From positions 96,001-160,000 of the forward strand of contig CAVUWV010000010.1 of assembly GCA_963745075.1 (NCBI GenBank): a stretch of 64,000 bases of DNA. Direction: 5' to 3'. This stretch comes from Candidatus Hydrogenedentota bacterium (GTDB taxonomy: Bacteria; Hydrogenedentota; Hydrogenedentia; Hydrogenedentales; SLHB01). Position numbers and translations under genes: made by a program. The notes under the pieces are model-generated. The model ran no database searches. It saw nothing but the letters and a program-made list of their open reading frames with translations, and was not told the DNA's origin. Of this stretch, positions 56,716 through 64,000 are shown piece after piece; the first letter of the stretch is position 1, and every line of letters begins with the position of its first letter.

Positions 56716-59590
56716 ATGAACGCATTACACACCGCCCGGTCCCGCTGGTTCGGGTTCGTCCTGATCGGATTGTGCGGGTTGCTGATCCTCAGTTCCGGTT
56801 GCGGGAGCCGTCGCAGTCAACAGTATACGGAACAGGGCGAAACCTACCTGCTGATCGGGAATCTCGATGCGGCGGAAAAATCTTTTGACCGCGCGTTCGA
56901 GCTGGATGCAACGAACGCCCGCGCCAAGATGGGTCTTGCCCGCTGCTACTGGTTGATGAAGAAACCAAAGGACGCGATTGCAGCGTACAAAGAGGCGCAG
57001 CAAATCGACCCGAAACTCGACAAAGCGTATCTCGAGGCGGCTCGCATATCGCTTGTCACCGGCGACGCGCCGGGTGCGAAAGAAATCGTGCAGCGCTACA
57101 AGGCGGTCGATCCCGTTGCGGGCGGAATCCTGGAAGGCTTTGTGCTTCGTGAATCGGGGGACGTAGACGGCGCGCTCAAAGTCCTCACGGAACTCTCTGA
57201 CGAGCACCCCAAAAACGTCGAACGTCCGCGTCAGTCTGGCCGCGGCCTATCGCGCGGCAAATGAGTTCGGAAAAGCGGAGGATGAACTCAACTACGTATT
57301 GGACAACCTCGACAACTCCTCGTTGGCGGCCCGCATGCTGCTTGTGGAAGTGTATCAAGCCGAAGGAAAGTCGGACGAAATCGTAAACGAACTCCGCGAT
57401 TTGGCCGCACAGCAACCGAAGAACGAGAGCATTCAATTGGCGTACGCCCGCAGTTTGTTGGCGGTCGACCGGTTCGATGAAGCCGAGGCGATTGCCCGTC
57501 CGATCCTTGAACGCACGCCCGAGTCGCCGTGGGCGAACTTCGTGGTCGGCTCGTGTTTGGTTCATAAGAAGAAATACGCGGACGCCATCGACTGCCTCAT
57601 GGCTGCCTTTGGTGGGCTCCCGAATGAACCCGCGATTGCCCGAATGCTCGCCATCGCAAAGCGAGCCGGCACCGAGGAAGCTCCGCCCGAGAAACCCGAG
57701 GTGGCGACGAAGCCTGCAGAAGAGAAAGCCTCCGCGCAAACCTGGCAGGACCTGTGGAACGATGCCAGTCTGCGCGAGCTAGTCGATCAACGGACGGCGT
57801 TTCTCGCCCAGGACAAAGCTCCCATGCTCGCCCGGACCCTCCTTATGGCGGCCCTGTTCATTCAAAACGGTGATGCCATGCGCGAGATACTGCCAAAAGT
57901 GCCGGAAGACAGCCCGGGGCGGCAACTGGTCGAGGCGCTGATCGCACAGGACGGGGAAAAAGCCCGGCAGGTCGTCGACAACTGGAAGGCCACAACCGAG
58001 GATGAGGAAATCCTGAGCGGAAATGCGCGCGGTTTCTTGTACGCCATGGCCGGTTCGCGCGCCCGCGCCCTCGAATCGTTCACCCAGGTTTCCGCAAAGT
58101 ATCCCGAAAACGGGGTGGCACTGTACAACATCGCGACCATGTACCGCGGGGCCGGTATGCCCAGGTTCGCCATTGCCGCGTTGCGCCAACTGATCCTCCG
58201 CCACGGACAAAACCGCGAAGCCCGTCAGGTGCTCTTTGACGTACTCATGCAATCGGGCAGTCACGAGGAGGCGCGACAGTTGGCGGAATCGACCTTCGCA
58301 ATGTTCCCGCAGGATCCCATTTCCACGCTCATGCTTGCCCGGGCGTACCGGGAAGCCGGGGATTCGGATTTGGCCAAGGACGTGCTCCAGCGGAGAATTG
58401 AACGCGATCCCGCGTCGAAGATTCTCGCCGTCGCGTTGGGCGAAGTTCTCTTGGACGCAGGGCAGGTGGACGAGGCCGTGGCCGCCTTGGACAAGGCCGC
58501 GTCCGATACCCGGCTCGCGAAGCAGGTGGCTGTTCTGAAGGCCTTCGCCGCCGCCGACCAGAAGGACTGGCAGAAAGTCCTCGATATCTGCGCGAGTCAG
58601 GCTGGCGCATCCTATCCCATGGCGCTGCGGCTCTTACACGTCGCCGCCCTGATCGATACCGGCGATACCGAACACGCCTTTGAGCCTTTGCTGTCCGCCG
58701 ACGGCACGCCAATCAGCAGCCCCGTAACGACCGTGCTGCTGGCCGTGTATGGAAAGCTGGCCGGGGAAGCGTCTCCCGGCGATGCCGCGCTCGCGGACGC
58801 ACTGAAGCCGGAACCGGCAAACGTCGCGCTGTTCGCCTACGCATTGGCCTGCCGCGATACCCATTTTTCGAGAAAGGCGTACGATCTCTTCGTGGAATTG
58901 GACGGGCGCCTCCCCGCCAAGCCGCGTATCGTCGCCTATATGCTGACCGCGCTGGCCAACGCCAACGATCTCCCCGATCGGGAACAGAAGGCCACGCACT
59001 ATACCGAGGAGTATCCCGCGTTGCCTGCCGCTTGGCTGGGGCTGGCCGACGTGGAGCAGGCCCTTGGCAACGTCGATGCGGAACGATCGGCCCTCGAGAA
59101 AGCTGTCGAAGTGGGGCCGGATGATATCGACGCGTGGTTGCAATACGCGCGCTTTCTCGACGAGCAATCGGACCACGAGGGGATGTTGAAATCCTATCGC
59201 AAACTGCACCAATTATTGCCGGGGGATCCATTCATCGCCAACAATCTCGCGTACTGCATATTGCAGTCCAATGGCGATGCAAAGGAGGCCTTGAGTCTCG
59301 CGGAAAGCGCGTATAAAGACGCCAAATCCAGCTCGAACGTGCTGCATACCCTCGGTCTTGCCCAACTCAAAACGGGCGACCTGGACGAAGGATCCAAGAA
59401 CCTGCGCCGCGCCCTGGAAATGCGTCCCGGCGATCCGACGTTGCTGTTCGACGCCGGCAAAGCGCTGCTCGCCCAGGGGAAAGAGAAAGACGGCCACGAC
59501 TACATCGCGTACGCGCTGCACTACGCGCAACAACTCGGCCTCGACTTTTCCGGCAAAGACGAAGCCGAAAAGCTGCTTGCGGGAAGTTGA
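56716..59590 (+). CDS. TPR-repeat lipoprotein, with a +1 frameshift near 57221
   Basis: The SSGC lipobox and TPRs are in 56701..57264. Deleting one A gives HPKNVDVRVSLAAAYRAANEFGKAEDEL, continuous with 57299..59590. Confidence 0.8.
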
Positions 59591-59629
59591 GATGTTCGTG
59601 GTATCGGATAACATTCGGATCGTCGTGAT

Positions 59630-61015
59630 ATGAGCGGTCCGATAGCAGCCGGCGCCGTCGGCAGCGAAGACGTGCCTCCGACGGATTTGGGGGAGGTGAG
59701 TTCTCCGTCGACGTCGTTGAGGTCCCTGGCGGTCCGTGGTTCGACGTGGACGCTCGTCGAATACGGGGGCAGTCAAGTACTGCGCCTCGCCACCAACATC
59801 ATTCTCACCCGTCTGCTTGTTCCCGAGGCCTTCGGCCTCATGCTGGTCGTGAACGCGGTGATCCAGGGGCTGGACATGTTCAGCGACCTCGGCTTGGGGC
59901 AGAGTATCATTCAGCACAAACGTGGGGAAAATACATCGTTCCTCCATACTGCCTGGACGATGCAAGTTGGGCGTGGGGTACTGCTGTTTGTGGCCTCTCT
60001 GGTCATCGCGCAGATCAGTACGTACGTGTACGACGACATGCCGGAGTTGCGCTACCTGATCCCGGCGTGCGCCATTGGAACCCTCATCAACGGATTCTGT
60101 TCCGTCAATATGATCTTGTTGAACCGGCGCCTCCAACTGTTTCGGCTGGCGGCGATCAATCTTGGCGTTCAAATCACGACATTGATCTTCATGATCGCGT
60201 GGGCGTTGGTTTCGCCAACGGTATGGGCCCTGGTGAGTGCCCATGTGGTTGCCGGCGTCGCGCGGCTTGTGGCGAGCCACACGATATGTCCCGGTCCCCG
60301 CGCGCGGTTTCATTGGGACCGCGCCGCGGCCTGGTCCGTCTTTCGTTTTGGCCGTTGGATATTCCTCAGTACGGTCTTTGGGTTTGTTGCCATGCGCGGC
60401 GACGCGTTTATTTTCGGGCTTTTCGAAACGAAGACGTTCCTCGGCATCTACGCGGTGGCTATGTTTCTCAATCAAGGGATGGTGCAGGCGCTGCATACGA
60501 TTTCCAGCCGCGTGCTGTTCCCGGTCTATTCGCGCCTCGCCGAATCCGGTCCCGAGCGCTTGCGGCATCAGATGTTTCGGATGCGGGCGGTGCTCATGAT
60601 CGTGAGCGTGCCGTCAATCTGTTTCGTCGTCGTATTTGGCGGCACTATTGTGTCTGTTCTTTACGATGACCGTTATCTCGATGCGGGTTGGATTCTCCAA
60701 CTCCTCTCCGTCGGCGCCGTTGCCTCGATTATCGGGAGTACCATCGGGCCTGTCCTGCTCGCTGTGGGTGATTCGTTTCGCTTCATGCTGCTGATGGCCC
60801 TGCGCACGGTCGTCTTGTTGGCGGGTATGGCGTTGTTCGGTTGGCTTTACGGAACCGTCGGACTTATCTTTGGTGTGGCCATTCCAGATTGCATCACGTA
60901 TCCCATTTTGATCGTCATGGTTCGCAAATACCGGGTTTGGCACTACTGGCTGGACCTGGCCGGTTTTCTCAGCGCACTTATTCTCATACATATAGGTTGG
61001 GCGATATGGTCTTGA
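59630..61015 (+). CDS. Oligosaccharide flippase (Wzx-like)
   Basis: Motifs LTRLLVPEAFG, SDLGLGQSIIQ, LGIYAVA and VLFPVYS, with about 12 TM segments. Confidence 0.88.
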   Translation: MSGPIAAGAVGSEDVPPTDLGEVSSPSTSLRSLAVRGSTWTLVEYGGSQVLRLATNIILTRLLVPEAFGLMLVVNAVIQGLDMFSDLGLGQSIIQHKRGENTSFLHTAWTMQVGRGVLLFVASLVIAQISTYVYDDMPELRYLIPACAIGTLINGFCSVNMILLNRRLQLFRLAAINLGVQITTLIFMIAWALVSPTVWALVSAHVVAGVARLVASHTICPGPRARFHWDRAAAWSVFRFGRWIFLSTVFGFVAMRGDAFIFGLFETKTFLGIYAVAMFLNQGMVQALHTISSRVLFPVYSRLAESGPERLRHQMFRMRAVLMIVSVPSICFVVVFGGTIVSVLYDDRYLDAGWILQLLSVGAVASIIGSTIGPVLLAVGDSFRFMLLMALRTVVLLAGMALFGWLYGTVGLIFGVAIPDCITYPILIVMVRKYRVWHYWLDLAGFLSALILIHIGWAIWS

Positions 61016-61923
61016 ACGAAAACGTACCCAGTGTCAGCGTGCTGATGCCGGTTTATAACAATGCGCGTCATCTGAAACCCGCCGTCGCCAGTATTCTGGC
61101 CCAGACCTACGGCGATTTCGAGTTCATCATCATTAACGACGGTTCGCAAGACGATTCCAGTGAGATTCTCAACGACTTTGCGCGTTCCGATTCGCGAATT
61201 CGCCTGTACGAGCGGGCCAACACCGGTTACTGCCGCGCCCTGAACGAAGGCCTCGGCTACGCGCGCGGCGAATTTATCGCCCGCATGGACGCGGACGATA
61301 TTGCCGTGCCCGATCGCTTCGATCGTCAGGTGGGGTATCTCCGCGAACATCCCGAGTGCATCGCCTTAGGCGGGCGCGTGCTCCTGATCGACGACGACGA
61401 TGACCCCATTCGCGAGATGTGTCAGGAACAGACCCACGAGGAAATCGACAACGCCCATATGGAAGGGAAAGGGGGAACCATCATCCACCCCGCCATGATG
61501 GCCCGGCGCGCCGCCATCGAGGCCATTGGCGGGTACGATGAGCGCTTTCATTTCGCGGAGGATCTCGACTTCTTTCTCCGTTTGGCGGAGTATGGCCGCG
61601 TTGCGAATCTTCCCGAAATCGTGCTCCATTATCGCCAGCATCTTTCAAGCATCGGCTATTCGAAATCGGAAATACAGCAGCGGTCCGCCATTGACGCACT
61701 GCAAGCCGCTTACGAGCGCCGTGGGTTGCCGGCGCCACCCAGTCTCGAATCGTTCACGCCGGTCAAAACCACCGTGGCCGACGTTCATCGCAAATGGGTG
61801 TGGTGGGCGCTCGGCGACGGCCATGTGTCGAGCGCGCGAAAACACGCGCGTGTGGCATTGTTCCGCGATCCGTTCAATCTGGAATCGTGGCGCGCGGCCG
61901 CCTGCGCGTTGCGCGGACACTAG
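61006..61923 (+). CDS. Glycosyltransferase family 2
   Basis: Motifs VSVLMPVYN, INDGSQD, ARMDADD and AEDLDF. Confidence 0.92.
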   Translation: MVLNENVPSVSVLMPVYNNARHLKPAVASILAQTYGDFEFIIINDGSQDDSSEILNDFARSDSRIRLYERANTGYCRALNEGLGYARGEFIARMDADDIAVPDRFDRQVGYLREHPECIALGGRVLLIDDDDDPIREMCQEQTHEEIDNAHMEGKGGTIIHPAMMARRAAIEAIGGYDERFHFAEDLDFFLRLAEYGRVANLPEIVLHYRQHLSSIGYSKSEIQQRSAIDALQAAYERRGLPAPPSLESFTPVKTTVADVHRKWVWWALGDGHVSSARKHARVALFRDPFNLESWRAAACALRGH

Positions 61924-61933
61924 GGGCGTCCTC

Positions 61934-63019
61934 ATGCGCGTAACGTTCGTGTGTCCGCCGCCAGGACTCTCCGGTGGAATCCGCGTGATCGCAATTTACG
62001 CCGAACGGTTGGCTGCGCGCGGGCATGAGGTGGCCGTCGTGTATCCGCCAAATCCCCAGCCTACCACGCGCGATCGCGTACGCAGCTTGATTCGCGGGGA
62101 AGGGTGGGCCCGCATTCCGCACGTCTACCCGTCGCACCTGGATACGATCGAACCGTATTGTCACATTCTCGACCGGTGGCGGCCCCTCGAGGATCGCGAT
62201 GTGCCCGATGCCGACGTGGTGGTCGCGACGTGGTGGGAAACGGCGGAATGGGTAGACACGCTTTCTCCCGAGAAGGGGGCGAAGGCGTACTTCATCCAGC
62301 ACTACGAGACCCATGGCGGTCAGCCCGTCGAACGCGTTCAGCAGACGTGGCGCTTGAACATGCACAAGGTCGTCGTCGCTCGCTGGCTGTCCGACATCGC
62401 ACGCGACGAATACGGCGATTCTGACGTTTCCATCGTGCCGAACAGCGTCGATCTGGATATGTTTCACGCTGAAAAGCGCGGCAAACAGACCGCGCCGGCC
62501 GTGGGTTTCCTGTATTCGACCGCGTATTGGAAAGGCGCCGATATCGCCGCGCGCGCAATTGAAATCGCTCGGGAAACCGTGCCGGAGATTCAATCCGCCG
62601 CTTTCGGGATGATGGATCCTGAGCCGGAGTTACCCGTGCCGCGCGATACGCGTTTTTACAAATTGCCGGACCAAGACGCGATCCGCGCAATCTACGCGTC
62701 GTGCGACGTTTGGCTTATGGCCAGCCGCACCGAGGGATTTGGTTTGCCCATCCTGGAAGCCATGGCCTGCCGCACCCCCGTGATCGCGACGCCCGTAGGC
62801 GCCGCGCCGGAGCTGATCGGTCCGGGTGGCGGCCGCCTCGTGGCGAACGAGGATCCCGCGAGCATGGCCGAGGCTATCGTCGATATCGCACGCATGCCGG
62901 AGTCCGATTGGTCCGCCATGTCCGATTGTGCGTATGAGACCGCGACGCGGTACACTTGGGACGACGCAACCGAGGCGTTTGAACGTGCGTTGGAACGCGC
63001 AATGACCACCGCGGAGTAG
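61934..63019 (+). CDS. Glycosyltransferase family 4
   Basis: Motifs SGGIRV, ATWWET, IQHYE and EGFGLPILEAMAC (EX7E). Confidence 0.92.
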   Translation: MRVTFVCPPPGLSGGIRVIAIYAERLAARGHEVAVVYPPNPQPTTRDRVRSLIRGEGWARIPHVYPSHLDTIEPYCHILDRWRPLEDRDVPDADVVVATWWETAEWVDTLSPEKGAKAYFIQHYETHGGQPVERVQQTWRLNMHKVVVARWLSDIARDEYGDSDVSIVPNSVDLDMFHAEKRGKQTAPAVGFLYSTAYWKGADIAARAIEIARETVPEIQSAAFGMMDPEPELPVPRDTRFYKLPDQDAIRAIYASCDVWLMASRTEGFGLPILEAMACRTPVIATPVGAAPELIGPGGGRLVANEDPASMAEAIVDIARMPESDWSAMSDCAYETATRYTWDDATEAFERALERAMTTAE

Positions 63020-63025
63020 TCGAGC

Positions 63026-64000
63026 ATGCACGAGGGGACAACCGTAGTCGCGATTACGCTGTTCGGGTGGCCCTTTGTGCTCGCCACGCTCTACCTCATG
63101 CTGCCCGCGCAACGTGCGGTTATCGTTGCCTTCCTGTTTGCGTGGCTCTTCCTTCCCATAGCCGAGTACGAGTTTCAGGGGTTTCCGGAATACAACAAGA
63201 TGACGGCCACGTGTGTGGGCGCTTTTGCGGCGACTTTCGTTTTCGATGTGAACCGTATCGTCAGTTTCCGGCCCCGGTGGGTCGACCTTATCTGCCTCGT
63301 TCTGTGTTTCTGCCCGCTCGCGTCTTCCCTGACCAACGGACTCGGCGTGTATGATGGCCTTTCCGAGAGTCTGCGGCTTATCATTCGGTGGGGACTTCCG
63401 TATTTCATCGGCCGCATTTATTTTAACGATCTGCGGGGGTTGCGTGAACTCGCCATCGGAATCTTTATCGGCGGCGTCGTCTATGTGCCGCTGTGCTGGT
63501 TTGAACTCCGCTTCAGTCCCCAATTGCATCGGTTGGTCTATGGGTATCATCAGCACGGCTTCGTCCAGACCTTGCGGTACGGCGGCTACCGGCCGATGGT
63601 GTTCCTGCAACACGGTCTGATGGTCGGTACCTGGATGTCCACTGCGGCGTTGGTTGGGGTCGCCTTGTGGGGCACGGGCAGCATCCGGACGTTTCGAGGG
63701 GTTCCCTTCTACGTATTCGTTGCAGCGGTTTTCGTCACGGCGATCTTGTGTAAGTCCACCGGCGCGATCCTGCTCCTGATTCTCGGGATCGGAACGATGG
63801 TGGCCACGCGATACCTGCGCAATTCGCTCCCCTTGATCGCCGTCTCACTAATCTATGTGGTGTACGTGTCCCTTCGCGCGAGCGGGCTCTGGTCCGGCAC
63901 GGAACTCGTCACCGCCGCGAACCAGGTTTTTGGCGAGGATCGCGCCGCATCGATCGATGTCCGTATCACCAACGAAAACGCGCTGGTTGGAAGGGCCACG
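63026..64000 (+). CDS. O-antigen ligase/polymerase (Wzy-like) membrane protein, truncated by window end
   Basis: My translation from ATG 63026 gives MHEGTTVVAITLFGWPF...FAWLFLP...SPQLHR...RYGGYRPMVFLQHGLMVG...CKSTGA, and it stays open to the end. Confidence 0.75.
   Translation, partial: MHEGTTVVAITLFGWPFVLATLYLMLPAQRAVIVAFLFAWLFLPIAEYEFQGFPEYNKMTATCVGAFAATFVFDVNRIVSFRPRWVDLICLVLCFCPLASSLTNGLGVYDGLSESLRLIIRWGLPYFIGRIYFNDLRGLRELAIGIFIGGVVYVPLCWFELRFSPQLHRLVYGYHQHGFVQTLRYGGYRPMVFLQHGLMVGTWMSTAALVGVALWGTGSIRTFRGVPFYVFVAAVFVTAILCKSTGAILLLILGIGTMVATRYLRNSLPLIAVSLIYVVYVSLRASGLWSGTELVTAANQVFGEDRAASIDVRITNENALVGRAT

Overview
GC-rich bacterial chromosomal window, probably from an anaerobe. The gene style suggests Candidatus Hydrogenedentota or a PVC-like lineage, which is inference only. 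No rRNA, tRNA, CRISPR array or transposase was seen. In order, the window holds: (1) a methyltransferase / FAD oxidoreductase / type III PKS trio; (2) padR followed by three tandem membrane proteins with a shared N-terminal domain and divergent bodies; (3) a sigma54-driven single-domain response regulator; (4) a corrinoid methyl-transfer cluster with three UroD/MtaA-like proteins, a corrinoid protein, a MetH-type reactivation domain, a homocysteine methyltransferase and MtaB; (5) an rnfB-[1659-aa PFOR-like]-rnfCDGEA operon ending in a small TM/Cys4 protein; (6) an LRR lipoprotein, two BACON-like/VWA lipoproteins and a separately transcribed 58-aa peptide; (7) amtB-glnK beside a NifA-like activator and a catalytically dead paralog; (8) a putative CAZyme, an SDR and a nucleotide-sugar dehydrogenase; (9) a sigma54-driven exosortase/EPS cluster that runs off the end. 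The most striking item is a nitrogen-control circuit readable from the DNA. It has a GAF-AAA+-HTH activator, a sigma54-transcribed pseudo-ATPase copy with the same HTH recognition helix, and a shared CCTACC-N4-GGTAGG palindrome at all three promoters. Other strong candidates are a folate-independent methanol-to-methionine module and the polymorphic PadR-partner array. Four single-base frameshifts may be assembly errors.
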